A stretch of DNA of 64,000 nucleotides from Camelus dromedarius (lineage: Eukaryota), in contig NC_087437.1 in NCBI RefSeq assembly GCF_036321535.1, positions 94,986,001 through 95,050,000 of the forward strand. The letters are read 5' to 3'. This document shows, one piece after another, positions 25,587 through 39,243 of the stretch. Positions within the stretch are counted from its first letter, which is position 1, and the number at the start of each line of letters is the position of its first letter. The translations under genes were made by a program, and so were the position numbers. The notes under the pieces are model-generated. The model had not been told where the DNA came from. It saw only the letters and a program-made list of their open reading frames with translations, and did not search any database.

Positions 25587-25617
<31 letters not shown>
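25585..25617. repeat. (TTTTG)n simple repeat following an A-run
   Basis: Read directly from the sequence. Poly-A at 25559-25574. Confidence 0.9.
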
Positions 25618-28600
25618 CGTCCTGGCATCTTCCTTCATTTCAAAGATTCAAAATCATTTTTTTCCATAGCACTTCTCATTCAAAGAACTATTATTTGCTG
25701 AGAGCCCAATGTGACGTGCTAGAAGAGGTGTAGGAAGTGGAAAGTAACATCTATGTATGCTTCAGAAGGGGTGTGATATATACATATAATTTGTTTTATA
25801 TATTAAGTGTTGATTAAGTGTTGCTATCTTCAATTTGCATAAAAGGAAACTGAGACTTAATTATTTCCTCAGTCAGGCAGCAAATAACTGTTCTAGCATT
25901 TAAAAATTGCGTCTCTTTCATTATAGACTTTTCTCCCCTTCCTCCAAATTCCATGCTCACTGCCATAGGAGGTATTGGGCCCTAGAAGACAATAATATAA
26001 GGGCCCTTCCATCACATAGCTCATTGTGCTTTCATGACACTTATATTATTATTATTATTTTCATTATTGGTTGATGAATGACATCTGAAACCAAATTATA
26101 ATTGTTTTGTGTGGAGAAACCAGATATACATGTTTGTATCCTCTAGAATATTGGTCATGTAATATATTCCTTAATAAATATAATTGTTTTGCATTGGTTA
26201 TGAAAGTAAATGAGAGAAATATAATCCTAATGAACAGGAAATAAAATAGTCTCACATACATCATTCATTTGAATTCATTTGTTTAACAAAAGAGTGAGAA
26301 CAAAGATTCAAATGACTTCCTTCACATTCAGCAGTAGAAAGTGGCTCATTTGTAAAGTATCTATGCTTCATCCCAAGTATTATTTCTCAAGGTAAATTTC
26401 AGTTCAGCCACGCAATAATTACATTTGTAGAGCTAGTTTTGCAGGTGAATCTTTGTGCAGAATCCCACTGTAAAATGTGTCCATCCTGTCCTGCTGGGCA
26501 AGCACAGCCATTTAAAGAAATCATTCCATTAAAGATGAAAAACAAACCTTGCACTGAAAATATTACCTTGCATTTAACTTTGGAATTTCTAACCCTCTGA
26601 CAAGAGTTCTTTGTTTGCCTGGTTTGGCAGTAGGCTGGCTGCTGTATACATTTCTATACTTAACATTTGTTATCAACTTAGTTTGACAGCTTAAATCTAA
26701 CATAATGATGTGGAAATATAAACAAATGTTAAATGCACTTTTGCATTCCAATAGGTTTTTCCTCCCAGATCTTAACCTTAAAACCAGTTCTTTCCAAGGA
26801 ATGTAGAATCTAAGAGTTTTGAACAAATGTGTATGACGTCATTTTATATATCTAGTAGTCCAATTTGACACACTGTTTAGGTTACCCTGAGCTTAAACCA
26901 ACTTAGATATGGGTTTTGACCTGAAGTGACCCCTTTGGCTTTGCAAAGGATTGTTTCAATAAACAGATGGATCATTTTCCAAAGAGACTTTTTCTGAATT
27001 AAAAATAGTTATTAAGACTCACAGATGACTTCTGTGCCTGAGAAGAGCAAATTCAAAAAGCATAAAGCTTCAAACCATTGGAGAAATGGAATCCTGTGTT
27101 AAATTGGCTTATTAATGTCCCTCTTTTATTTTATGTGATTTAATTTTTTGTATCCCATTAAGGTGAATATCTGCAAACCTCCAAGTATAGGTCCCCTGGA
27201 AAAAGATGTGTTGCATCTAATGTGTCTTATTGACAGTCTTCTGAGCATTAGGCAATTGTGTTTAGTTTATTTGTGGGAAGTATTACATTAGAATAATTTT
27301 TGTGTGATGGTCTTAGGAAAAGAGAGAAATGAAAAGATAGAAGTAGTGTAAGAATTACATTTGGCAGCTTTTATATTATGGAGCAAAAATTAAAGGTCTG
27401 ATAAAATACAACTTTGTTATCTGAATTTGGGCAATAAGAGAATGAGGAAAAACAATAGGGAGAAAAATCTAGATTTAGCAATAAAATGGAGCTTCAGGAA
27501 GCAACTGTTGTGAATTCAGGTTTCATTATAAAATTTATTTCAGTAGCACTCTCCTAGTACATCTAAAATATGAGCTGATTTGTTCATTTTGGGAACATCT
27601 ATCATTTAAATCTCATAATAGAGACGTTACTATCTTAATGCATGTTTGCCTAAAGATTCAGTGACAAACTTCTTACTTTTCACATATAGAAAATTTCTGA
27701 TCTGGTAACTCAGCTAGTATAAGAGAATATGTGCCTCGAACTCTCTGCAGAATTACTTTTCAGAAATCTGATGTAATCCATTGTTAAATTCATAACATCA
27801 GTGCCCTTGCCTTACTATTATATTTGACTCGTTCTTTTAGAAATTACAAGGCTACGTTTATCGTTTTTGTGATCTCAAGAAGTATAAAGAGTGAGAGTTT
27901 TTATGGCATATGTGAGTTTAAAAGCAGACTCTGCTCTTAATTAGTTTTATGAAAAGTATTTACTTTCTGCATCTCAGTTTCCCAAGTCTCAATTTTTCAT
28001 CTTTAAAAAGACAAAGATGAAAGTTAGAATGTAATAAACATCAAATTGGTATGTGTGTGAGAGACTGCATATATATGTGTGTACAGAATATTATCTGGCA
28101 TATTTTAGCAGCTCAAAATATTGTTGAATAAATGGATGAACAAATGGATGAGTGTGTGTGTGTGTATGTTATTTATATAGCTGGGACCTCTGTGTCTCTG
28201 TGTGTCTGGCTCCTGGATAATAGAAGTTCTTAAAAAGTGGTAGCTATCATCCCTTTTTTATGATTCATGGAAATAATATAAAGATGAGCCCAAAGTGTTT
28301 CAAGATCGCAGTGCTGTGAATGTTGCTGCCTAGAGTGTTAGAAAACAGAGCCAAAGAAATGGGGAAATGTCTGTGCTACAGTCCCGTCTTGTCAGGGTGG
28401 TTTACTCCTTCTGTTACAGATATGAATAAAGACCTGAAAGCAACACTAGGTCTTTGTTCACCTCCACCACCACAGTGACCATGAATGTCTGGCCATGATG
28501 GGATTTCACTTTCCCAGTCCTGGTTAGAGGACAGTAGCAAGTGTAACACTTAACTCAGAGACCACAAGGAGATTGACAGCACTCTGGCCTCCTGTTCACA

Positions 28601-29084
28601 GATAGTAAAATGTTAAAGGCTGCCTGTGTGGGATAACCATATGAACCCCTCCTTTTGGAAAAAGCAGATCTGTCCTTGCAGAATTTAGCCAAGCTGTACT
28701 TTAACACGAGCATCTGGTAGAAGAAGTTCATAAAAGCTGTTAGAAAACAAAGCATTCTGATTGGCATTCTCATATAAATGGTTGATTCTACCTGTTTTTA
28801 TTGTAGGTTAATTCCAGTTTCTGCTTGTATCTTTCACTCGTTGGCTGTCATGGCATCAGAAATAGGAAAAGAGGAAATCATTCAAAAATATATCTATTCA
28901 CTTGATATGTGTAGACCGGGAAAGAACATCCTGTGGGATGTATGAATAAAAAGAATGTTCCTACAAACCAGGACTAATAATTACTCTTAGAGACTGCTGT
29001 TTCAACTTTAAGATATAAGCCAATGGCTCACAAATATTTTTATCTCTAAGATTCAGTTGAGGAAGTGAAAGAGAAATCCCCAAG

Positions 29085-29580
29085 TCTTGGGCCACAAAGA
29101 TGAATAAGACACTGTCTGAGTGATTCAAGATTTCACTTTATAAATAAAAGAAATGGACACAAAGTAACAACCAAAAACAGAGATAAAGAAATAGGGAAAT
29201 ATGACTAGTGCTAGAAAGAGGAATGTATAAAGGGGTATAGGACTATGCAATCCTAACTTCCCCAAGCTGATCTGTTCTTCCAAGAAGAGAGAAGGTGATG
29301 ATGGGGGAAGTGGCATCTAAGCTGGCATCTAAGACAACAGGAAATTGAGGGGAAAGCTGTGAGAAAAGACATGTTCCCAGTATGAGGTGGAACTAGTATC
29401 TGGGAGATTCGAGGACCTGCCCTGTCAAGGCACACAAGAAAGCCGAAAGGGGGAAAAGGTTAAGGATTGAGCTGTACTTTCTAAAATGTCTGGAATGGAA
29501 TGTTTCTTGTAAGCAGTGAGAGAGAGAGATCAAAGTTTCAAGGGAAGTATCACATAATTGAATGCTTTATGTTGAGAAAG
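29085..29580 (-). mobile_element. Decayed L2 fragment
   Basis: CACAAAGATGAATAAGACACTGTC...AGTGGCATCTAAGCTG...AAAGACATGTTCCCAG resembles the L2 3' region. Confidence 0.55.
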
Positions 29581-30439
29581 AGATGACTCTGACTCATGCC
29601 ATCAGGAACTGGGAATTGTAGTTAACCACTGAAATGGCAAAATGAAAACTAAAAGCTAGTATCATTTTAGGGTGCTCCATGTTCACATCTAGGGCTGTAG
29701 AGCAATAATAAGCAACACCCTAATAACAACAGCCAATGATTATTAAACATACATTATGTCAAAAGAGAAGAGTGGAAATACTATGTGATATGAGTAATAG
29801 TCAAAGAATTGATGTGTTTATATCAGAAAAGCAAAAATAAAATGAGAGTGGTGCTTGTTGATTTGAAAACAAAGAAATAAGTAGACCTTTGGTATCACCA
29901 ATTTCACAATATGCAATTTCATCCTTTCTAGTAAATTATTTTTTAGTTTTTAAGGTTATTAGCTCCCAAAGATTTTCTTGCATTTTTTAAAATGGTATCA
30001 ATAACTGAGAAGTCAATGATGATTTAACATTTTGTGATATTAAATTTGTGAAATGATGTGAATAACTGAAAAGTCCATGGTGATATAACTTTTTTTTAAA
30101 TATGAAGGCTACAAAACACATTTTGACCTATTAACCCATTTGATTTGCACACATTTGGTGTGAGGTACACCCTCCATTAATGGAGACACCACAAAACCCA
30201 AGACTTGCTGAAGATTACAAAGGAAGATTGAGGAGAATCCTGACCCCCTCTCATGCTTTAGGTGCCATTATTAGTGCTTCCTGGAGTACTCAGGAATTCT
30301 GTTTCTAAGTGGAAGTCCTTTGTGAGCCTAAATCAGAAAAAAATTTATATTTCTGTGGTTGATTACAACTTGTTATTAATATCAATCTACTTAAACTCTC
30401 CATAGGTCATGAAAACAACCATGTAATAATAGTGATGGT

Positions 30440-30665
30440 TAATTATTGAACATCTACTAGATCTCAGACATTTTCTGTATATTGAGTATCTCATTTCATC
30501 CTCACAGCAGTGCTGAAAGGAAGCTATTATCATCTTCATGCTACAGATGAGGAAACTGAGAGTAAAGTTAAGAAAACTGCTTACAGTCACATAGTGCTTA
30601 AATAGATGGCTAGAATTTTAAAACCATGTCCATTCTCAGTCCAAAACCATGACTTTTCTATTGTC
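30440..30665 (-). mobile_element. MIR SINE
   Basis: ATCTCATTTCATCCTCACAGCAG...ATTATCATC...ACAGATGAGGAAACTGAG...GTCACATAG. Confidence 0.82.
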
Positions 30666-31425
30666 CAGCTTTTCCTCCCTGAGACATAGTACAATACTCC
30701 CCAATGTCTTGATCCACAGATTATACTGATTGACAATTAAATTCTAAAATTGTGTAACACTTCATCTCCAAGACTGAATTTCACAGGAAAAGAAAAGGAC
30801 ATTTTTTTAGGGGAAGATACATTTGCCAGAAAACAGTAGAGAATTGGATTCTAAAAAAAAGAAATAAAAAGAAAGGAAGAACATACCTCCATTGTTACCC
30901 TAAGTAAAACAATTATCTTTATTCTTTTTTGAAATAGGTATAAAAGCCAATTCTTTTTAAAAAAAAATTTCCATCTTAATGTTATCAAAATGTACAGAAT
31001 ATTGATTGGGTCAAAACTCTTTTTGTACATCAGTTCTGGGCCATTGTCTAACAAAGAGTCTTCAACCATCTCTCTTCCCCACTTTGGACCTTCCCGCACA
31101 GCAAACTTGCTGTTCTCCTGGCTATCTTTCTACATTCGATAGACATATGTGCTAACATGGGGATGCTTTTCTTCTGCGTGGAGGGAAAGGAGCAACCTCT
31201 GGGTGGAGTCTGCTGTCAATATTCAGGGGCTTAGAGAATACAGCCCTTTCTTCTCTTGGTCTGAATATAGGTTTGTGAGCCTTTCTACTTGGCCACATGG
31301 AGTGCTATAGTCCACCTGAGAGAAGGAGATGTAGAATTTGACCCATGATCACGAGAGACATTAGGAAGACCATTAAAATTAAAATTTTAATACCAGGTGT
31401 GATGATACTCTTTTATAGGGAAAAG

Positions 31426-32907
31426 TTTTTATTTTTTATTGAAGTATAGTTGATTTACAATAACATATTAGTTTTAGGTGTACAACATAGTGATTCAATA
31501 TTTTTATAGATTATACTCCACTTTCAGTTATTACTAAACAATGGCTATATTTCTCTGTGCTGTACAATATATCCTTGTTGCTTTTTTATTTTACACAGAG
31601 TACTTGTATCTCTTAATCCCATATCCCTATTTTTGCCCCACCTTCTCCCCATCCCTGCTGGTAACCACTAGTTTGTTCTCAATATCTTTGAGTCTGTTTC
31701 TGTTTCTGTTTTGTTATATTCACTCATTTGTTTTATTTTCAGAATCCACATATAAGTGATAACATAGTGTATTTGTCTTTGTCTGTCTGACTTATTTCAC
31801 AAAGTATAATACCCTCTAGGTCCATCCACATTGTTTTAAATGGCAGAATTTCATTCTTTTTTATGGCTGAGAAATAGTCCATTGCAAAACATACCACATC
31901 TTCTTTATCCATTAATCTGTTGATCACAGTTGTATTGCTTCCATATCTTGGCTACTATAAATAATGAGGCTATGCACATTGGGGTGTATGTATCTTTTTG
32001 AATCAGGTTTTTGTTTCCTTTGGATATATACCCAGGACTGGAATTGATGGATCATCTAGTAGTTCTAATTTTAGTTTTTTAAGGAAATTCCGTACTGTTT
32101 TCCACAGGGGCTGCACCAATTTACATTCCCACCAACAGTGTATGAGGGTTCCCTTTTCTCCACATCTCCACCAACATTTGTTATTTGTAGACTTTTTGAT
32201 GATAGCTGTTCTGGTGGATGTGGGGTGATAGCTCATTGTGGTTTTGATTTGTATTTCTCTGATAATTAGGACTCTTGAGCATCTTTTCATGTGCCTGTTG
32301 GCCATCTGTATATCTTCTTTGGGAAAATGTCTACTCAGGTCTCCTGCCTGTTTTTTAATTGGGTTGTTTGGGTTTCTTTTATATTAAACTGTATGAGCTG
32401 TTTATATCATTTTCAAATATTTTCTCCCACTAGGTAGGTTGTCTTTTCATTTTGTCAGTGGTTTCCTTTGCTGTGCAAAAGCTTTTAAATTTAATTAGGT
32501 CCCATTTGTTTATTTTTGCTTTTGCTTCTTTTGCCTTAGGAGACTGATCCAAAAAAATACTGCTATGATTTATGTTACAGAGTGTTCTGCCTATGTTCTC
32601 CTCTTAAGAATTTTATGGTTTCAGGTCTTACATTTAGGTCTTTAATCAATTTGGGGTTTATTTTTGTATAAATGGTGTGAGAAAATGTTCTAATTTCATC
32701 CTTTTACATGTAGCTGTCCAGTTTTTCCAGCACCACTTATTGAAGTGGCTGTCTTTTTTCTCCATTGTATATTAGTGCCTCCTTTGTCATAGATTGACCA
32801 TAAGTGTTTTATAAGAAGGTTTATTTCTGGGCTCTCTACTCTTCCATTGATTTATGTGTCTGTTTTTCTGCCAGTACCATGCTGTTTTGATTACTGTAGA
32901 TTTGTAG
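31426..32907 (-). mobile_element. 5'-truncated LINE-1 (ORF2 C-terminus + 3' UTR)
   Basis: ORF 32003..32305(-) (HMKRCS...[29 protein letters not shown]...LGIYPKE) is the L1 ORF2 Cys-rich C-terminus. A typical L1 3' UTR and T-rich tail lie at 31426. Confidence 0.95.
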
Positions 32908-33593
32908 AGGCTTTTTAAAAAAAGTTAGCTTTCTTTCTAGTTTTAATATTTTATAGATGGCTTTTTACTGAATCTTAAAATCCACCTAGGTATTCAGTTT
33001 ACAGTAGTGAAATGAGATCAAGGAAAGAAAATTATAAAATTAGCAATTATACAAGTAAAAGTTGATCTTACCTTTTGAATGGGAAATATACTGAAAAGTT
33101 ATCTAAGAAGTTTATTTCCTTAAAGCAAGGGTGTGTCTTCTTGATGTCCACAGCAACTCTTCTGATTTGTGCTGATTGTGGTACATACAGATGACAGTAC
33201 AAGAATTGGAGAGTTAACTGTCTAGAAGATTCAAGATTTAGACCAAATCGTTAAAAGAAAAAGCTAACAATTATGCAATAGCTGTGGGCAAAGTGCCACC
33301 ATCACAAGGGTATACTGTGTAAGAGACCACCACATATGTGTTTAAAGGTTCCTTGAGTAATTTAGTAAATGTGAGTCTTCCTGGAGCATATGCCAAATGT
33401 GTTCAAATCACCATATGATAGAGGTAAGTCTCTACCAAACTTAGTTTTAGATGCTCTATGCTTTGACTTAGCTTCCAGTGTGTAATTTTCTTACCTTCAA
33501 TTACGTTATTACAAATAGCTATAAAATTGTTGAACACTATCATAATGGCACTTTCTTAGCTCAGAGGAGCTTAGATCTCAGGTGACCTAGCTT

Positions 33594-33771
33594 TTTTTTT
33601 TTAAACTTGTTTTTAAAAATAATTCATTATTGTTATTTATTTATTTATTTATTTTTCAGGAGAGAGGTAACTAGGTTTTATTGTTCATATTTAGAGAAGA
33701 TACTGGGGATTGAACCCAGTACCTCATGTATGCTAAGCATGCGCTCTACCACTTGAGCTATACCCTGCCCC
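33594..33771 (-). mobile_element. tRNA-Ala-derived SINE (camelid Vic-1 type)
   Basis: Minus strand reads GGGGCAGGGTATAGCTCAAGTGGTAGAGCGCATGCTTAGCAT...GGGTTCAATCCCCAGTA with A/B boxes and an (AAAT)n/A tail. TSD TGACCTAGCTT (33583) / TGACCTAACTT (33772). Confidence 0.9.
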
Positions 33772-36319
33772 TGACCTAACTTCAAAAAAAAAAAAAATCT
33801 TTCTCAGATCATAATGAAGGGACAATAGAGAGATAATTGAACTTATAACTACTTTTATTTTCCCAAAGAATTGTTTTTAAAAGAACTATTACTCTTTACC
33901 TGATAAGAAATAAAACATTGAAGAGACAGTTAAATATCACAAAGAACACGTGTAAAAATGTTTAGTTCCCATTCATAAATTCCTAGGTTAAATTCTAACA
34001 AAATAAAAAGTGAAAATATATACTTCCAATTTACTTTGAATAAATTCCAAACTTTTCTGATATCTTTTACCAAAAAATTAAGACATGTTTTACTCCAGAT
34101 GTTTATTTTTCTTGAAGTTAAATGCACACATACACACATCCTCATACATTTACACACATTAAAAACAGCCTATATCCAGTAGCATAGATTTTAAAGAATT
34201 TTCTTGGTAAATATAAAATCACTTTACAATATATGGAAATTCTGTGGCAAATTTTATCAAAGTGTATTCCTTCCGGTACAAAAAAGAATATTTTGTTTGA
34301 GTAAACAGTGGAATCCTTTTATAATACTGATGTTGGGGTTACATGTTTAGATCAACAATACCTATACATCTTCACTTATCTGTTAACTGATCAAGTTCAA
34401 CTAGATGTCAGTTGCATTTATAAAGAAGACTGATTCAGAAGAGAATCACTATGAAATGGAAGAGAAATGATTGAAATTTAGATTAACAGAGCTGAAGAAG
34501 TTGCACAATATTCATACAGTGAAACACCTGGGGGTGTCACTGTATTCTATAGAATGTTTAAAATACTTAATAGACACAATACAGATTAATTAACATTAAT
34601 TTTGAAAGCATTAATGAATGTTTTTTCAAAAAATATTAAAGGAGAAAATAAGTGAAATAGCCAACTATATCCATCCTACTTTCAGGTCTGATTGAAATCT
34701 AGATACATTCAATTTCTTAGCTTTGTTATGTATTTGTTTCACCCATCAAATTTAATTTTCATTCCCAAGAGAATTGAAAGAAACTTTATACACTCTTTAG
34801 AGCCATCTTGATATGTTTCTTCAGAAACACTTCATCGATTTACAGACAATTTGCTGCAAGAACACAAGAATCTGCAACATTCCTCTTGATGTGCTGTTCT
34901 GGAATCTGAAAACTCAATCCCACAGGCCTTTTTAATCACTGAAAAGTTTTCACCCCTCTTGTGTTCAACTTTTCATATCCAACTTACTGTAACATGAGCC
35001 ATGCCCAAGATTCTGCCCTGGATAATTCAGTAATTCTTAACAGCTGACTTCAACTTAAAATACCAAATTTGAGGCACACAGAGACCTTTTTTCCTTTGGG
35101 CTATTATAAAACTCCTAGTTAATGTCACTCTTTTTCAGAATTGAAGAATAAAGGAAACTGATAATTTTGTTACACTTGTATTCTTTAATAGCATATTGAC
35201 ATCATTATTTGATTAATATTTTTGTCATAAATGTTTTTAACTTTTTAAGGCTTTTTTTCCTTAATGTGTCCAAGACCATCTACTGTAGGAGTTTAGAACT
35301 TAAGAAATACACTTACTTTACTCATCTGCACAAAGATGCCTTCCAAAAGCAAAGTATTTCTTTGAGTATAATATTTAAAAGGTGTTTATACATGAAAGGC
35401 AATATACATTCAACCCACTCTGACATGATGTTGAAATTAAAGCAAGTTAATGTTTAATGCTTTCTGCCAAAGAGAATCAAGAGGAGTGGGTGTCAAGTAG
35501 AAAGGAAAAGATTAATAAATTCACATCCACAATGTTTTTTATTCAAGGTAACACCCAAATAAAACCCAAAATATATTAATTATACAGATGATTATTTATG
35601 TGTTTGTAATGAGAGAAAGAAAGAGGAGAGAAAAAAAGACTTTTATTTTTCATAAACATTTAAAAGTTAGTAACATGAAGAGATCAACTTTGGTAGTAAT
35701 ATGTTCTGGTTCTTATATGAAATTCTCATTAGTTTAGATTAATTTGGTAACCCAAGTCAAAATTAGTCACAGTTTATAAATATTATGCTGGTATCACCAG
35801 GGAAAGAAGATATTGTCTCGTCAATTTTAAAGGAGTTGTTTTTAAAAATACATGCAAGATATGTTTGAAAATTTATTTATTAATTTATAAGTAAGTAGGT
35901 GTCTTTTAAGGACTTGAGATGCTTGAAAACTATGAGGTCCCTTAGTAAAATGCATCAATGATCATGGCAGTTTTGTTTGTACTGTTCAAGTTGTTTAATA
36001 GAAGTTAAATTTCAGGTTGCTCTTTTAGAGAATTGATGAATTTTGAATTAATAGAATACTACAGTGATGTTTTTCTTCTTATTCCTTAATGGACGTCAGC
36101 AATAAGTCAGTCACGTTGGCTTTCAATTTGAACATTTTCAAAGAAATTAACTAAGTAAATGAGTTCTATAAGAACAAAACACCTACCTGAGGCCGTTATT
36201 TACCATGACAATCTGCTAACTACTTTAAGAACAGCAAAATAAAACAGTATTTCTCACAAAAATCCACAAGATAGAGAAATGTAAAGAAGAAACACGACAA
36301 CAGTTAGAAACAAATTATT

Positions 36320-37030
36320 TTAATAATGCTGATTTTATATTTTTTCAATGCAACAGATATAAACATGTTGAAAACATTTTAAATTTTAAAAACAAAGCAT
36401 AAATATATACTCCTCACCCTAAAATATCAACTGTTATTATTTTGGTGTATTTCAACATTGCTATAATCGTACTGTAAATATTATATCTTTATTATTTTTA
36501 TAATCTTAAAAATAACACTTGTTATAAAATTTAAATAGTATAAAAATATATACTTTCAAATTGATACTGTTTTTGTCCCCGAGATCAACAGGTTGACATA
36601 CACTACACAATTGTTTTTGACATGGGCTAGGGTATTTTTTTCAAAATATGTTATTATAAAATATGTATTATTGTTTCATAACTAACTTTTTTCACCCAAC
36701 AACATTTTTCTCTGTCAGTACCTATAAACCTGTCTTTTCCAATATAATTACATAATATATAACATTTGGTTTGCCAATTTTATCCTAAGCAGCTCATAAC
36801 TTTTTAAGTAACTTAAAACCTATTATTTTTAATGACTGTAATACTTTAGTAGATGACATACATAGTTGACCTATTTTTATTAGAAATGTAACCGTTCTCT
36901 AGTTTTTTTTCTTATTCCTGCATTGTTTTAATTAATGCTGTCATGACATCTTTATATATGTAATATCTCCTTAGCTTTCCAGAGTTGGAATTACTAGATC
37001 AAGGGCATGATCATTTTAAGACCCTGATAC
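36320..37030 (-). mobile_element. Decayed L1ME-like fragment(s)
   Basis: T-rich sequence with relics such as CCAGAGTTGGAATTACTAGATCAAGGGCATG and TTATTTTTAATGACTGTA. Confidence 0.5.
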
Positions 37031-37067
37031 AAATGGACTCCCAGCTTTGTTTTCCCCCTCCTAGAGG

Positions 37068-37270
37068 CAGTGACATGTCATAAAAAGACCTTGGACTCTG
37101 AGTTAGGCAGACCTACCTGGCTTTTGATGCATAGACCATGCTGTGTGAATTGGGACAAGTCTTATATCTCTCTGAATCTCGTTTTTCTCTGTTCCTGAGT
37201 CTTAAGATGGAAATTAAACAAAAAAAATTCTTTCTAATGTTTTTATGAGGATTCAATGTGAAAAACTAAG
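37068..37270 (+). mobile_element. MIR SINE
   Basis: TGGACTCTGAGTTAGGCAGACCT...GCTGTGTGAATTGGGACAAGTCTTATATCTCTCTGAATCTCGTTTT...TTATGAGGATTCAATG. Confidence 0.7.
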
Positions 37271-38655
37271 TGCATTTTTTTTTTTTAAATCTCTCATGCT
37301 TTGGAAAGTAAAAAACTTACTTTTCGTCCTATTGTTGTAATTTTATTTTCTAGGATAAAACTTTTTTCTTTCAGTTTATGGGGAACCAGACTTCAAGTTA
37401 CTTTCAGACTGAGCTGAAAATGTGTTCCTGGAAATTTTGAGATGTGAAAATTCATCTAATTCATCTATCACTAAATTCTGGAACAGAGATAGTTAAAGTT
37501 ATAAAATACCATTTGCTCCAGAAAAATTTAAAAGGATTGACAGTTGTTTTGGCAGGGAAACTATGGGGAAAATTATCCTCTTGATTCATAATAGACACTG
37601 GTTCTGAGGATAAAATAGGAAGACAGAGCTCATGGAATAAAGCCTATTTCAAAGAACCATGACCCAAGTTTCAGAAATGTTCCAAGGAAATAGAGAAATG
37701 AAAACCAGATTATTTCAACTTATATTGTAGCTGAGAGAAACTATTGAAAATATAAAATAAATCCCAGATTCAAAATACCAGCCAAATTTTTGAAAAAACA
37801 GTGACAGCTTAGTTTTAAACTTTTAACCCAAGTATATTTTAGAAAAAGCAGCAAGTTCCTCTTAATAATAAAATCTACATCTTCTGCCATGGATGGTAAG
37901 GTTACTCTTTAGAAACGTTTTTGAACTAAATGTAAGCAAGCATTAAAGCAGCGTGCAGTGCTAAAATGAAACCAGGTAAATTCATCAGTCTATGCATTTT
38001 ATGTTCCTTGGGGTCCTGTCACTGTTATTTTTATTAAAGAATTTATGCGCCATTATACGCCAATGTTAGTTTTTCCTTAGTGAGATGTGAACAGCATATA
38101 AAAAAATGCTTTAAAAGAAAATGAAATGTGCAAGATAAGTCAGTTGTATAATTAGTAAAGAAGAACTCTAATATCCAGCAATTTTTTATACTTTTACTAA
38201 AATTATGTTGCAAATATTTTTTCAACTAGATAAAAATTTTTTTAAAGATAAAATCATACTTAGCTACATCATAATATCACTATAAAAGTATTCCACAAAT
38301 GTGTCAACAATTAGAGCATTATGCATATCTTATTGGTAAATCCCCAAATTCCTAGACAAATATAAGTCTTGCAATTATCACTTAAAATAATGAAATAGAA
38401 TGTCTTTTTTAATTAATGAGAGTGTTTAAGGTTATAGCAAATAACAAATTATTCACCTATTAAGGAAACTAATTAAAAGCAAGCAAAATTTAGGGAGTCA
38501 TGAAAACATGCAAAGAATGTTTTATAAAACTAGTTTTTAAATTGTGCCACTCTAACATATTGTTTTATTATTTTGGACTGTGGCTTTATTTTCCATAGTT
38601 TTCTAAGACCCCCATGTAGATAAGAAGCAGACGGAAGTCTTTATTTATCAATTTC

Positions 38656-38674
38656 TAGCCAGCAGAGGGCAATA
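38656..38674 (+). promoter_or_regulatory. Predicted CTCF binding site
   Basis: TAGCCAGCAGAGGGCAATA matches the CTCF core CCASYAGRKGGCRS closely, apparently in non-repeat AT-rich DNA. Confidence 0.65.
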
Positions 38675-38789
38675 GAGCATTGTGTACTAAACACCCTCAG
38701 CCAATTAAAACACTACATAGAGAAGGTATTTTCCTTTATGGACAAAGACAAAATAAAGAGACCTATTGCAAACTTCTATTTCACCAAAA

Positions 38790-38833
38790 TGTGGATATAG
38801 GTGTGGGTGTGGATGTAGGTGTGGGTGTGGGTG
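38790..38833. repeat. Degenerate (GGTGTG)n hexamer repeat
   Basis: TGTGGATATAGGTGTGGGTGTGGATGTAGGTGTGGGTGTGGGTG. Confidence 0.85.
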
Positions 38834-39149
38834 TTTTGAGTTCTGAATTATGTTTTTGATAATTTACTATATAGGGAATTTACAATCCAAATTTAATCCA
38901 AGGGAACATGCATGAAATATAAAATATCTTAATGGAAAATGTTATCTAGTCTTTGAAGGGAATTTCAAAAACTACGAAGTCCCAGTATTTGTAAAGACAT
39001 TCTGTCAGGAAATTCTTTTACCCATTTCATAGGGGCAGGATAGGAAGAGAATTATTTTTATATTAAAAGAATGCCTCTCATCCATTTATGTTTTTCAAAT
39101 AAATTGTTGCCCAGTACTTATACTAAGCTTCAGGTTTTAAGCTCAGCTT

Positions 39150-39243
39150 ATTAAGTTATTATATAATTAATTAATTAAATAATTATTAAATAATTATTAA
39201 TTTAGATAATTAAACAATAATTAAATTGTTTCAAAATAATTTT
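39150..39243. repeat. AT-rich low-complexity (TAAT/ATTA) tract
   Basis: Nearly pure A/T with repeated ATAATTATTAA units. Confidence 0.85.

Noticed and set aside
33690..33771. tRNA-Ala-like sequence (also at 59913-59985)
   Set aside because: These are SINE heads with A-rich tails (and a TSD for this copy) and degenerate stems, not functional tRNA genes.
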